A DNA stretch of 63,719 bases, the filler included, from Asterionella formosa (lineage: Eukaryota), in the NCBI GenBank assembly GCA_002256025.1. It is 13 parts of 13 records of this genome, joined end to end, with 100 filler letters (N's around TTAATTAATTAA, not from the genome) between each part and the next. Parts side by side here need not be neighbours in the genome. Positions count along the whole stretch, not along the records: positions 1 to 23,424 come from NKIB01002474.1; positions 23,525 to 46,947 come from NKIB01002479.1; 11 more parts are not named here. One strand, 5' to 3'. The notes under the pieces were generated by a model. That model saw only the letters and a program-made list of their open reading frames with translations, was not told the DNA's origin and ran no database searches. Made by a program: the position numbers and the translations under genes. How positions within the stretch are numbered: the first letter of the stretch is position 1; each line of letters begins with the position of its first letter. This document shows positions 23,005-34,656 of the stretch, one piece after another.

Positions 23005-23174
23005 GATGATCAGATTTTACGAATAATGTTGTCTCAAGAAGCCTGCCTTGACCTGCGCTACCGGTACTATGATGAATGTGATCCTGCACTCCCAACGAGT
23101 GCACCAGACGGCGGATTAGTGATAAAAACTGGATGAGCGGGGATACCGTGATGTGAGAGCACTTCACAATATAG

Positions 23175-23407
23175 GCAATCCCTGCCACCCTGCTAGCTAT
23201 TTCATCTTGCTTTTTGATGAGAACTGGGGGTGTCTAAGTACGTTTTGGTATCTTTAAGTAATTTTTAGCCAGGGGCAATATGGGGCACGGAGGATTTTTG
23301 GGCAATTCCCGCTCCAGCTATCGTCTTGCCATTCGGGTATTTTTAAGTAATTTTTAGGCTATAAGTAATTTCTTTAGTAATTTTTATTTAGGGGCAATAC
23401 GGGGCAC
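23175..23407 (+). repeat. Dispersed repeat (two adjacent degenerate copies), probable DNA-transposon terminus
   Basis: AGCT..C(A/G)TCTTGC...TAAGTAATTTTTA..GGGGCAATA(T/C)GGGGCAC at 23175-23288 and 23316-23407. Homologous to 32028-32152 in inverted orientation. Confidence 0.65.
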
Positions 23408-23424
23408 ATCGAATTTTTCGGCAT

Positions 23425-23524
23425 NNNNNNNNNNNNNNNNNNNNNNNNNNNNNNNNNNNNNNNNNNNNTTAATTAATTAANNNNNNNNNNNNNNNNNNNN
23501 NNNNNNNNNNNNNNNNNNNNNNNN
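23425..23524. other. Artificial contig linker N44-TTAATTAATTAA-N44
   Basis: An identical 100-bp spacer with stops in all frames also starts at 46948, 48473, 49998, 51523, 53048, 54573, 56098, 57623, 59148, 60672 and 62196. Segments are ordered by decreasing length. Confidence 0.97.
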
Positions 23525-23650
23525 CTATTTTTCGTTTTTGTCATTTGTACAGCATTACCAGTACTCACCATTGTGCCACAATGTTTAAGATCTTGTTCCT
23601 CCAATAAAAGGTATAGCCTTACCCAATTGTTGTTGTTGTCTCCCCCGTTC

Positions 23651-25099
23651 ATGCCCATTGGCAGACCCTTAGTATTCGCATTGAAGCATAGTTCGCGCCG
23701 ACGCTTTGTTGCTTACAGAATCAAAGCGCTGCGACGCCGGCGACATTTGATCCTTCTTGTCGCATTGCTCGTTCTAATTCTCTTTGTGCTTTATCGAGCC
23801 CACCTAGCTCTCCTCGGAAACAATATCATGGACGACGGCGACCTCGAGAATTTTCTCAACAAGGCGCAGCCACCGGTCGATCCATCTTCGATCCATACAG
23901 TTATAAAATTAAATGTCCCCGACGCCGGCCTTGTTTCGCTTCCTGATGCGCTTTGCCATCGCCTTCCCAATCTCTCTATTCTGTTTGCCCCGAACAACCA
24001 AATAAAAGAATTACCACATCACATTGGATCCTGTTCGAAATTGCAAATGGTTTCGTTTAAGACTAACGGCATGACAAGCATCCATCTAGACGCACTTCAG
24101 GGGCAGATGCGCTGGCTAATTCTGACTGACAATGCCATTACGGAACTCCCGACAACGATTGGACGATGTTCAAACCTACAAAAGCTAATGCTGAGTGGGA
24201 ATGAATTGACACATATACCAGAAGAGATTTCCAATTGTGAGCGCTTAGAATTGGTTCGACTTGCTTCGAATCAATTGACAAGCGCACCCATGACATTGTT
24301 GCGACTCCCTAATTTGGCTTGGATTGCCTTGTCTGCCAATCCATTTTTAGACTCCGTTGTATCCTACAGGTCAAAAGAGCATCCACCGCTCCCCCTATTG
24401 GACGATCCAGTTTTGGACAATGAGACGCAAGGGGAAATTTTGGGTCAAGGTGCCAGTGGTGTCACTCGCAAAGTGAAGCTATCCAATACCTACGTTGCTG
24501 TCAAAACATACAAGGGTACCATGACATCCGACGGAAGCCCTTTGGATGAAAAACAAATTGCTTTGGTAGCGTCAACGATTGCATCAGATTGCTTGATAAA
24601 AGTTTTGGGACAAACTCCACAGGGTTCCCTTGTGATGGAATTGCTGCATAATGTCCGAGCCTTTGGAGGACCACCGTCTATGGAATCGTGTTCCCGAGAT
24701 GTCTACGGGGACAATGACAAAGTTTCGGAGGTGCAAGCCAAAACCATGGTGACAGGACTGTTGGAGGTTTTGATGGAATTGCACCAACGTGGAATTATGC
24801 ATGGAGATTTGTATGGACACAACATTTTGGTATCTGATGATGATCCAACGTTAGTGAAGTTATCCGACTTTGGAGCGGCATTTTTCTATGATACTGATGC
24901 TGAATATGGCATGTTACTGCAGCAGATCGAAATGAGGGCCTTTGGTATTTTGGTTAGTGAGATTGATACGCTGCTCGGTAGGGTTCATGCAGATTCTCCT
25001 TTGCGTAGCCCGTTGAATGCAGTGTCCGAAGCGAGTCGAAGTAAGAAGAGCTTTATTGAGTTACAAAGTGTTTGGAAGTCCCATTTGGAGTACATGTAA
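23651..25099 (+). CDS. Leucine-rich-repeat protein kinase with N-terminal TM segment
   Basis: LRRs (LxxLxLxxNxLxxLP) followed by kinase motifs LGQGASG, VAVKTYKG, HGDLYGHNIL and LSDFGAA. ATG at 23651 chosen over the upstream GTG. Confidence 0.85.
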   Translation: MPIGRPLVFALKHSSRRRFVAYRIKALRRRRHLILLVALLVLILFVLYRAHLALLGNNIMDDGDLENFLNKAQPPVDPSSIHTVIKLNVPDAGLVSLPDALCHRLPNLSILFAPNNQIKELPHHIGSCSKLQMVSFKTNGMTSIHLDALQGQMRWLILTDNAITELPTTIGRCSNLQKLMLSGNELTHIPEEISNCERLELVRLASNQLTSAPMTLLRLPNLAWIALSANPFLDSVVSYRSKEHPPLPLLDDPVLDNETQGEILGQGASGVTRKVKLSNTYVAVKTYKGTMTSDGSPLDEKQIALVASTIASDCLIKVLGQTPQGSLVMELLHNVRAFGGPPSMESCSRDVYGDNDKVSEVQAKTMVTGLLEVLMELHQRGIMHGDLYGHNILVSDDDPTLVKLSDFGAAFFYDTDAEYGMLLQQIEMRAFGILVSEIDTLLGRVHADSPLRSPLNAVSEASRSKKSFIELQSVWKSHLEYM

Positions 25100-25861
25100 C
25101 AATGTAACATATATTTTGTCTTGAATGCAGTGCGTTGTGGGGGGGGGGATATGAAAAGGTGGTAAATCAGGTCGTATATCGTTAATACATCGCAAACCAA
25201 TTGAAAGATCCACAGGCTCCGGGGAGCATCCAATACAATGAGCTGTTTCTGGTAACAAAATGTACTCCATGCTGGTAGCTTTCGTCGGGTTGGGTGGCTT
25301 CGATATATGTACACCTTTTGGGGACTAAAATATTGAGTCTCATTTTTCATCGTTCGTTGCGTCTCACCTCGTCATCTGCTGTCATGCCCTACCGGTATGT
25401 ATGTTAGTTTTGGCTTTTACCAGTAGCCATGCATGTTGTACTGAATTTACCGACCATTATATAGCTACCGGTACGTAGTATACCCGCTATCTTCATACCG
25501 GTACATATACTACATACCGGTATACAATTGTTTTTGCAACAGAGCGAACCGAGTCCATTACACGTGGAGTCCAGTAAGTCGAGTATGTACGTTTCTGAAT
25601 AGAAATGTACATAGGCAGTGCTTCAACCTGAAATCGGCTCATATTGCGTATCATTCTATGTGAACTACGACAGTCTACGTGAAAGGCGTCAAAACCTCCA
25701 CATTTTGGTTTTATCAATCTCAATTGCTTGGCTGGTTCCCTTTCAAGTTGATATTTGGTTCATTCCTGTTGAATTGCTACCCTTAGGACCATCCCTCAAG
25801 TTTTCATTCATCACTAGAGTCACAGGGCTCCTTCGAATATTTCCCAACAAAAGCTGGTACA

Positions 25862-26974
25862 ATGAGAGTAGTAATTGGATTTCTGGCGCTGCTGCTGTCG
25901 ACGGCAACGGCGTTCATGCCTCAATCGAATCGAGCGTCCAGATCACACCTCTTTCAAAGTAAGTAATTATGGCGTGACGTTATAAGTGAATGAACAGACC
26001 TATCACTAAGTTCCTACCATCGAACGCTTCCTCTTGCACGCTCGTGCTGACCCATCACACAAACACTCCCCCTTGCTTCAACAAGAAGACTCTGCCACCG
26101 CCATGACTGCCATGCCAAACCCCATGTCCAAACTCCCATGGAACGTTCGTAGAGAGAGGATCCGTGAAGCGCGTCGACTTAAACATGAATCTGCCAAACT
26201 TCATCGGCAATTGGGAATCGCAGAAGATTCCACCTACGAACAGATTACAATGGCAACAGATGATTTGATTCGTCGTAGTGGGGGTGACATTAAGAAGAAG
26301 ATTAAAATTGAAATGGCCAAGGATCAAATTTTGCAAATTCGATTGAATGAACGCTTGGCTGGATTGACCAAAGTAACGGCAGAAGCGAGGCAGCAGTCAA
26401 CCTATGAAGTGGAAGGGTATGTTTGTTTGTTGGCATGTGGTGGTTGTTTCTAGGGAAACAGTGACACAATTCTCTAACCATGTTCTTGCTTTCACTTGTC
26501 AACAGTGCCCCCGAGGAAGACACGAAGAAAAAGGCCGTTGCAGAAGGCGAAGAAGACTCTGGCAGCAAGTGGTTGAATGGTTTGATCGTCAAGCCCACTC
26601 CCAAATACCGCAATCGTCAAATTACTATTTGGGGAGGGCTGACCGGGATTGGAGTCCTCCTACCTCCCATGGTAACTAATTTGGGCATTGCCACCTTGCT
26701 CATTACAGTAGGTCAGCTCATTTTCCGTGGAACAAATCCAGAGCAAATGGAATCTGGGTTTGGACCTTTGCAGGGGGGAAAGGTGGCAGGCAATCATAAG
26801 AAATTGGCATGGTTGTTGGGTCTTGGACTTTGGATATTTAGTAAAGTATTCGTCTTTGCCATGTTGCCTCCTGTGGTGAGAGGCTTCCGATGGACTCCAA
26901 TGTTGGGCTTTGCATGTGAAAACTTGATTCTCGGAGTTGGGTGTTCCTTTCTGCAGCCATACAAGGGAAAGTAA
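25862..26974 (+). CDS. CPP1-like (DUF3353, J-like domain without HPD) plastid protein; 3 exons (25862-25958, ~26086-26416, 26506-26974)
   Basis: Leader MRVVIGFLALLLSTATA-FMP. GTAAGT and GTATGT donors have in-frame AG acceptors. LGIAEDSTYEQI...KIEMAKDQILQIRLNERLAG is CPP1-like. C-terminal TM helices. Confidence 0.7.
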
Positions 26975-27314
26975 ATAATGTGTCACATGATGGATACCAA
27001 AACGAAATTCAATGTATTGGTGATGCTTGCCTGATGGGGTCACGACAAAATGAGTCTGGACGATCTAATAAAACTTTAAAATAGGAAGTGGAGTAGAAGC
27101 AGCTAACAAAAACAAGTAAAATTTTGCATGGTAGTGCATTGCCTTGATTGTTGGACTTCCTGGTACTCAGTACTATAGTATAGTCCATGCTTCCAAGTGT
27201 GCGAGCACCATGTCTGCTTACTCTGCCTCCTCTAGAGTACTTTTTTGCCGAATGAACCATTCAGAAAATGAATTCACCTAACTTGACTAAAGCACTATTG
27301 ATTTACCGCGAATC

Positions 27315-28393
27315 TCAAATAAGATCAGTCTTCCAAAGTCGGATGGTCCCATCTTCTGATCCGGTCGCGTAAGTTTTGCCGTCAGGAGCAAAGCGTAAAC
27401 ACCGTATAGGCCCATGATGACCCTTGTGACATTCCAACATTTGTCCAGTTTCGAACGAAAAAACACGCACCCATAAATCTGATCCACCGGCCACAAACTT
27501 TGTACCATCGGGATGAAGTGATGCTCCTCCCTCCTGTGAAGGAAATAATTGTAAGTGAGTGTTTGTCCGATTAGAAATTAAAGTAGACACTTTCAATGCG
27601 AAAAACCTCTTGTTCCCATAGCACGTACATCTCTGAAATGAATTGTCATGGGATATTCATGCACCAGAGTCATGATTCCCAAATCAAAGAAATACACAGT
27701 GCTCCCAGCAGCAACAGTCAACATTTCTTGTCCAGTCGTTGCCAACTTGACATACTCCATATCTCGTACGTCAGCATTAACTTTGAGCGTGTGCGTCGGA
27801 GCATTAGTCTTTGAAATGTTCCAAAAGCGAATCAATCCATCCGTTGACGCTGTTATGACCGTCTCACGATCGTACCAGTTCAACTTTGAAATGGTAACTT
27901 TATTCTCTTGTGACTGCGCGATTTGCAGAGGCGGTTTGTTGGGTAGCTTCAAATCATAAATCCTAAGAATCCCTTCATGTCCACCAGTTGCCAGCATCAT
28001 TGAATCTGGAGAAAAGTCGCAGCACTTGACAACGTGCTCATGGGGGAAATCATAGAGTGACTGTCCAGTAATGGCATCCCACACCTTTGCCGAGAAATCT
28101 CCACCGGCCGTGGCTGCCAGCGACCCCGACGGGTCCATGCGACACGACCACACGGCACCCTTGTGACCGACGAACGTGCCTATCCAATCCCCAGTGGTTC
28201 CGTCCCGTACCATGGGCATCTTGTCGTGACATGCTGATATCAAGAGTGTTTCTTGTCCCTGCACTGATAGGAATTGAAGTTCAGCCAATGGACGTGTGTG
28301 GCCAGGACAGACAATGGGGATTTGCCGGGCTGCATTATTGCTGCTACTACTATTACTACTGCATGTTGCTGATGGGGTCGTTGGTGTTGACAT
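27315..28393 (-). CDS. STRAP: Serine-threonine kinase receptor-associated protein (UNRIP), WD40; 2 exons (28393-27629, 27533-27315)
   Basis: [43 protein letters not shown] and [31 protein letters not shown]. 95-nt GT..AG intron at 27628-27534. Confidence 0.92.
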
Positions 28394-28877
28394 CGTTGAG
28401 CAGTGAGTGCTATGAGTGTGAGGTTGGTGTGGGTGGTTGGGGGAATGGTCTTTGCATGGAGTTGGCTGTGATCCGATCAGAAATACAGTACATACACATG
28501 TTGCACCTGGCGCTGGTAATATGATCCGACCAAAAACAAAAGGAGGATTTGTTATTATGGATATATTATGCCAGGTATACCGTATATATACACCGGTATT
28601 AAATCTAATTAATTATCATCGTCTTTGCATCATTCCGGTACCGGTACGGTAGAATAGTTTCCTGATTGCTTGTCTGCTAAAAAAAGCATCGTTGAATTGG
28701 TTTCCAAACGAGAACCTGATCTGTTGACTCAAAATGGCTCGTCCTGCATCTTTGTCCCACACCAAGCATACATTGCATGATTGATGTTGAAAAAGGCAGC
28801 TCTACGACAAGACTTGAAACAACAGCAGACTTACAGACAGTCTATTCCATTCCATTCCATTAGATACACACAATTGA

Positions 28878-29279
28878 ATGTCATCACTCTTCAGAAACGA
28901 CCCTGGCTATGCCAAAATAAACGTGGACGATTACAGCGATGAATCGTCCTCGGAGGATGAAGGGGATGATTTTATCCAAGCAGCAGTTCGGAATCAAAAA
29001 GCAACCCTAAAGGCACAAGACCAAGGCCTAGAGCTGTTGGCACAATCTGCTGGTCGGTTGGGACAAATGAGTTTGGGAATTCAAGAGGAATTGGACTATC
29101 AGAACAACTTGCTGAGTGATATAGAAAGTGACTTAGACACGGCAACCGACAGGCTGGATATGGTAACAAAGCAAACCAAGAAAATGATTCAAAAAGCAGG
29201 AGGAATGAAGAACTTTATGTTGATTTCAGTGTTAGTGGCCATTGTGGTGGTTCTATTGCTTCTAATATTGTATTCATAA
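28878..29279 (+). CDS. Qc-SNARE (syntaxin-6/8/Syp5-6-like), SNARE motif plus C-terminal TM
   Basis: QDQGLELLAQSAGRLGQMSLGIQEELDYQNNLLSDIESDLD, then a hydrophobic tail. Confidence 0.85.
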   Translation: MSSLFRNDPGYAKINVDDYSDESSSEDEGDDFIQAAVRNQKATLKAQDQGLELLAQSAGRLGQMSLGIQEELDYQNNLLSDIESDLDTATDRLDMVTKQTKKMIQKAGGMKNFMLISVLVAIVVVLLLLILYS

Positions 29280-29544
29280 TGGTTGGAATCAGTTTTTGGT
29301 TATGTTGTTGTTGTTTCCATGATGAATCATGATTTATCCTATAATATATACATATAATATAGATTGTATATATATATATGGTAGACCGTCCCAAGGGAAA
29401 ATAATTTCGTGTCTAGTACAAGCAATGGCAAATGGAACAAACTGCATTTTGTAGAGTCAAAAATGGTTGTTCACAACATATGTACAAAGTTATGTGTCTA
29501 AAATGTACGATAAGCTTTACAACTTGTTGTCAAAATAAAATGCC

Positions 29545-31002
29545 TCAACATTTAAATGGCTTCGGAGCTCCCTCTATTTTTTGGATTCCTTCATTTGTAA
29601 ATTCATAATTTGGCAACCCTCTAAAATAGCGGAGCTTCCAAACTCCCACAGACCATGTAGAAGTTCTTGTTCCAAGAAAGAATTTGGCATTGACTGCCAA
29701 TTCCAAGTTGATGAAACTTGCTACCAACTGCAGCATACATGGATTGACATGGGGTCGGACCGCATCTTCTCCTGCCATCCATGTTGGAATGGTACTGGAC
29801 AAACCATGCGCCATGAGATGTGTCATGGTTTTGACATTTTCATTGTGCACATCTAAAAGGCGATCGAATCTATACCGTTCCACCATGTCTGGCATGGAAA
29901 TGGCCATAAACAATGATTCCATGGTGGCAAAGTCTGGTTCTGCCCGAATCCAATCCACAACTTTGGTCATGGACCGTTCCTTCATGTTATTGCACATGAA
30001 ATGTACCAACATTTCTGGTTCAAATCTCGCATGAAAGGCAAGGTAATTATTGTTGTTGCGGTGGGGAATTTGATCTAGAATCGCTTGCATGGCCATGGAG
30101 GGTCGTAATGCAGTTGCCATGGTCCTTTCTAGCAATTCCAATGGAGCCCTTGTTCCATTGGCAAGACGAATGGTTCCCGAAGAATCATACTCTCTTCGAT
30201 AGCTTTTCCATAGTTCTCCAACCCCTGCGCCGCCTCCAGCAGCGTATGGGTTTGTTAAATGTCTTAATACATTGGATAAATCTGTGGAAGGGGGTCTCCT
30301 ATACCATGCTTCTACAAAAGGACAAATATTGTACAAGGTCCATGTGGCTGGATTCCATTGTGAGTGTTCCTCTGGTGAGTAGTCCACCATTTTGGGTAGG
30401 ACCGTTTGAAAGGTATTCCAGTGTTGTACATTATACATGTATGAAAATGGTACAGCCGAGAAGTGAATGGTAGCATTGTCTTGTGACTCCCGAAGTGAAT
30501 TGAGCAGGATACTCCCCGCGGAAAACCACTTGATGGAGGGGAGTAGAATTTCTGTATAATTGTGTTTCCATGCGTAGGCTATTAGTGATGTGAATCGTAG
30601 ATATTGATTGCGAAAGCCTCCCCTAAGTGACGGGTCTCCCAGTGCCAGCGTCCGTCGTAATGTCGTTGTTACTGTTGCTGTTGTGTTGGATTGATGTGGT
30701 TGTTGGTTGCCAAACGTACGACACAGTTGGACAGTATCGATGCATTGTTCTTGTTCTTGTGGAAATGCAAATGCTGTCTCGACTAATGGTTCCGTGAGAC
30801 TACTTTGTGTAATAGTAGTAATAGTACTGTTGCGATCATCTGGTTGTCGCATCTTCCGCCCCTCGTTCTTCGTGCTCATGGGCTGTGTCATGTCTGAACT
30901 AGAACTGTTCGCGGTTAGTAACGGTATACTCACTCCAACATGGATATTTCGGTAAACAATCACCGCAATAAGGATAATCATTGCCAGTTGAATCTTCGAC
31001 AT
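29545..31002 (-). CDS. O-fucosyltransferase-like GT-B glycosyltransferase (type II membrane)
   Basis: N-terminal TM; GGFRNQ, YLAFHARFE and AKFFLGTRTSTWS correspond to O-FucT family motifs. Confidence 0.7.
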   Translation of the reverse strand: MSKIQLAMIILIAVIVYRNIHVGVSIPLLTANSSSSDMTQPMSTKNEGRKMRQPDDRNSTITTITQSSLTEPLVETAFAFPQEQEQCIDTVQLCRTFGNQQPHQSNTTATVTTTLRRTLALGDPSLRGGFRNQYLRFTSLIAYAWKHNYTEILLPSIKWFSAGSILLNSLRESQDNATIHFSAVPFSYMYNVQHWNTFQTVLPKMVDYSPEEHSQWNPATWTLYNICPFVEAWYRRPPSTDLSNVLRHLTNPYAAGGGAGVGELWKSYRREYDSSGTIRLANGTRAPLELLERTMATALRPSMAMQAILDQIPHRNNNNYLAFHARFEPEMLVHFMCNNMKERSMTKVVDWIRAEPDFATMESLFMAISMPDMVERYRFDRLLDVHNENVKTMTHLMAHGLSSTIPTWMAGEDAVRPHVNPCMLQLVASFINLELAVNAKFFLGTRTSTWSVGVWKLRYFRGLPNYEFTNEGIQKIEGAPKPFKC

Positions 31003-32027
31003 GATGAATAATCTCCAGCCGGTTGCCTCCAGCTATACACTATTTTATTAGGTGTATAGAAGGTGTTGTATAGATTGAGATAAAGGAGGAAGTAACGGTA
31101 ACCATCATGCAATGCCATAAATAATGCATTTCAATTTCCATGAAGCGCCATCTACATACATTTAGTAATTTTTCCATTCTTATTATACGAACTATTGTCT
31201 GTAAAATTGCACAGCTGCTGAATCATTTTATTATAAGAAGAATGCTAAAGTTGAGGCAGTTTTCTGTACCATCTCTACAATTTCCATCCCTGCTACCTTC
31301 CAGCATGCTCTGATGTATACAAACTCTGTTCATCGATGTCTCAACCAATGACTCTTCAATAAATGGATCTGGCTGGTTGTTGGATAATTCGACTTCTCAT
31401 GGGGCTCATATTGTTGCATCATGCTAGCTCCGTCACACACTGGTGTCAAAATTTCAGTTCCCCTTTCTGATGATTTCTGATACTAGCCTTTCTGGTCAAC
31501 TCCTACTCTAGATTTGATATGTGGTGATAAATCAATTAATAATTGTTGAAAAGCAAACTCAATCAGTTTTTGGGTATCAAAACTCAAAATGTTATGGTAG
31601 GTCGACAAAGTAAGGCTTCCATCTTGTCATTGAACTGGTATTTTCATCAGATATGATCTGCCATTCCATTTTAACTATATTTTTGTAGTATGTTTTCTAC
31701 ATTTCCTTCACTTTCTCAAATCAGATTTCAGCAGCAAGTGTAGGAACTCATGTGTTGGCTTTTTCTGCTGCTCTACAATAGGATTGTTTCATTGCTTTCT
31801 AATCACAATATCACTTTTGTCACTTCTATATAATCATCTGCAATGACAACAAAAAGTCTTCAATTTCAATGAGCTATTGCGAACTCAGCAAATCAGCCAG
31901 AACATGATGGAACCGGTGTTCTGCATTACCTTGTATTCAACAAGGAAGAGAGAAAAGGTACTGTATGTGCTTTTTGATTGTTGTTGTCATGTTTGAGTTC
32001 CTGCCATGGACAGCTGAAAAATCCACT

Positions 32028-32152
32028 GTGCCCCTATATTGCCCATAAATATTAATTACTTAAATCTACAAAAAATTACTTGAACACCCACAGTTCTCAT
32101 CGAAAAGCAAGACGAAAGCTATGTACCGGTAGGGTGGAACAGTGGGCATTGC
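32028..32152 (-). repeat. Inverted copy of the dispersed repeat at 23175-23288
   Basis: Reverse complement GCAATGCCCACTGTTCCACCCT..TAGCTTTCGTCTTGCTTTTCGATGAGAACTGTGGGTGT..AAGTAATT..GGGCAATATAGGGGCAC aligns with 23175-23288. Confidence 0.7.
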
Positions 32153-32492
32153 TGATGTCGTATACCGGTATATATTTTCAACATATATACACTGTATAAG
32201 GCATGACGATGATTGAGGAAGTGGGAGGATATGATCTCTTGTATGATCTACTTCCGGTACTCTGTATTATAAAACAGATGAAGCACTACCGGTACCGGTA
32301 TACTCCGACTAACATTGGCGGTTTGGGTTGTTGTTAACGGGGTACCACGTTTTCGACTTAATGGCAGCATGAAGAACAAAAAGGCAGAAAGAATTTGCAG
32401 CAAACAAAAACAAAGTCGGGAACAAAGGACACAAGAATATACCGGTACCGGTATTCTTTTATTTTACGATCGAGAAAAGGTATGTACGATGT

Positions 32493-33737
32493 ATGCAAAA
32501 AAATAATAAGCTTAGAAGCATATTTACCGGTAGTATCTTGGCGTGTGATATTTCCACCACAAACATATCAGTGATGAGAGTCCTTCCTCGGACCATGAGG
32601 AGATACCTTCAACAGGCTTCGTCACATAAATGCGTTCTGGCGATTCGAGCCCCCGTCGAGTATTGGAATGGAAGCAGCAAAATAACTGGAAGATCGCAAG
32701 AGTTCATTCGTACAAGGAGCTTCCATGCCACTAGCACCGAATCCGAGACACCGTTCGTAGAACAACCACAAGCAGCAGCACACGCAACATCTGTAGATCA
32801 AAAGCCAGGATCAAAAGCCTTTGCCGCTTGCGAAGTCGATGCCATGGTGGATCTGTTTTATTATCATGCCCAAGACATTGAGTCGGGTGGCAAGTCCGTG
32901 AAGTGCCTCGCACCGGAAGGCGTGGCAGAACTACTCAAGTCCATTGGAGAAAAGGGATGCGACACGACAGTACAGCACATTTTCAAACAAGCCGATAAGG
33001 ACGGAAATGGGTATATCGATCTGGACGAATTCCTTATGTGCTCGGACACTATCCTGGGTGACGCTCCCGCTCGGATCGTGTTGATTGTGGGAGGACCAGG
33101 GTCTGGCAAGGGAATTCTCAGCAAACGACTGGAGCAGGAATGCAACGTAGTTCATCTCAGTTCGGGAGATCTACTACGGTGCGAAGTGGAACGAAACACC
33201 CCCCTGGGCAGGCAAGTGGCGAGCATTATGCAACGGGGAGAATTGGTCAGTTCGGCCATTATTGTTACACTGGTACGACGTCGCATGAGAGACCATCCAG
33301 GCAAACGAGTTTTATTGGATGGCTTTCCACGATCCTTGGAGAATGCGCATGATTTGGTGGCGTTGTGTGGAAGGCCGGAATTGGCATTGCATCTGGATGC
33401 GGACGATACCATCCTCATGGAAAGAATCATTGGGCGAGGCAAGGAAGGAAGTCGAACAGACGACAATTTTGAAACTGCCTTGCATCGGCTGCGAACGTAT
33501 CACAAGTACCATAACAAGACCATGGATTGGTTGCGAGATCAAAAAGTTCCCGTCGTCAACTTGGACTGTTCCGGAACGCCAGACGATGTTTGGAGTCAAC
33601 TGACCGCGATTGGAAGACTCATGAGGCCGGTTTTGCCTCATTATACCGCAGTGCCAGGACAAGGCGACGCCGAGGCACTGTTCGGAGGGTCGGACATATC
33701 CGACGACGAGGAGCAACCAAGGGCTCAGTCCAACTAA
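32493..33737 (+). CDS. EF-hand-containing adenylate/UMP-CMP kinase (start may be a downstream ATG, e.g. 32574)
   Basis: EF-hand DKDGNGYIDLDE; P-loop GGPGSGKG, HLSSGDLLR, LLDGFPR and short LID RTDDN. The Arg/Ser-rich N-terminus resembles a mitochondrial presequence. Confidence 0.88.
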   Translation: MQKNNKLRSIFTGSILACDISTTNISVMRVLPRTMRRYLQQASSHKCVLAIRAPVEYWNGSSKITGRSQEFIRTRSFHATSTESETPFVEQPQAAAHATSVDQKPGSKAFAACEVDAMVDLFYYHAQDIESGGKSVKCLAPEGVAELLKSIGEKGCDTTVQHIFKQADKDGNGYIDLDEFLMCSDTILGDAPARIVLIVGGPGSGKGILSKRLEQECNVVHLSSGDLLRCEVERNTPLGRQVASIMQRGELVSSAIIVTLVRRRMRDHPGKRVLLDGFPRSLENAHDLVALCGRPELALHLDADDTILMERIIGRGKEGSRTDDNFETALHRLRTYHKYHNKTMDWLRDQKVPVVNLDCSGTPDDVWSQLTAIGRLMRPVLPHYTAVPGQGDAEALFGGSDISDDEEQPRAQSN

Positions 33738-33919
33738 AAGCTTGGTTTCGATTTTGTCATTGCGTATGTACGGTAGTTATTATTATATTATATTCAAGAA
33801 TCGATTTCAACATACCGGTGCCTGGTACTCATTCATTCATCCCATTGCTGACGTAAACACCTGCTTCATGTCTCAAATCAAAATCCTGGGACGAAAAGAT
33901 CCTGTGTGTATGGATTCAT

Positions 33920-34656
33920 TCATTCGTCGCCAAATAACAAATCGATTCCATCCACTTGTGCTTCGGGTTGGCTTTTAGTACCGGTTGTAACAGTTGTATT
34001 ATCAGTATTGTTCTTTCCTTCCCACAATAGTATCCCTAATCTTGAACCCTGAATTGGCAATACCAATGGTACATTATCATCGTCGTCACTCCATATCCTT
34101 TGGACACCATGTTTGGTAGACATACTATCCATTACTAAACAATCTCCTGCTTTCATTGTAATAACAGCATCGTCTAAAATGAAATCAACATTTGACCCCA
34201 TGGTCATCATACATAACCACTCTTCTTTTTGGCCATGTTGAGTTGGAGCATCATAGTGTGGTAACATGGTAGCATTTGGTCCATATAACAGGGCAATGCC
34301 AGTGAGAGTTGTGTTGTTGGAGGCAAGGTGGACAAGGATTCGTTCCGATGAGGGTTGATGGCTGTGGCTACTTTCCAAGGCAGCACAAGAAAACAATAGT
34401 CGTGATTGTTGGACTGCCAGAGGAAGTATTGTATCCAACGATGCTCCACAAGATATTCCAAGGGACATTGTTTGAGATACCGTACTAGTGCTGCCAGTGG
34501 TATGAACATTAGTAGCAGTACCGGTAGTTGAGTTGCTAGCATGACGTGCAAATACTTCTTGAATCAATTCCAATTGAGTTTGTTGTGAAAGGAACTTTGG
34601 ATAAATCATGAATCGTTTCGTTGTTGTTGGCGGTGTCATTATAATAAACATCCACT
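33920..34656 (-). CDS. 2OG-Fe(II) dioxygenase, AlkB-like fold (N-terminus at gap edge)
   Basis: LLYGPNATMLPHYD (HxD), GDCLVMD..KHGV (distal His) and RLGILLW; N-terminal YPKFLSQQTQLELI. Confidence 0.7.

Noticed and set aside
23469..23480. TTAATTAATTAA palindrome repeated twelve times
   Set aside because: Synthetic all-frame stop linker embedded in fixed N runs.
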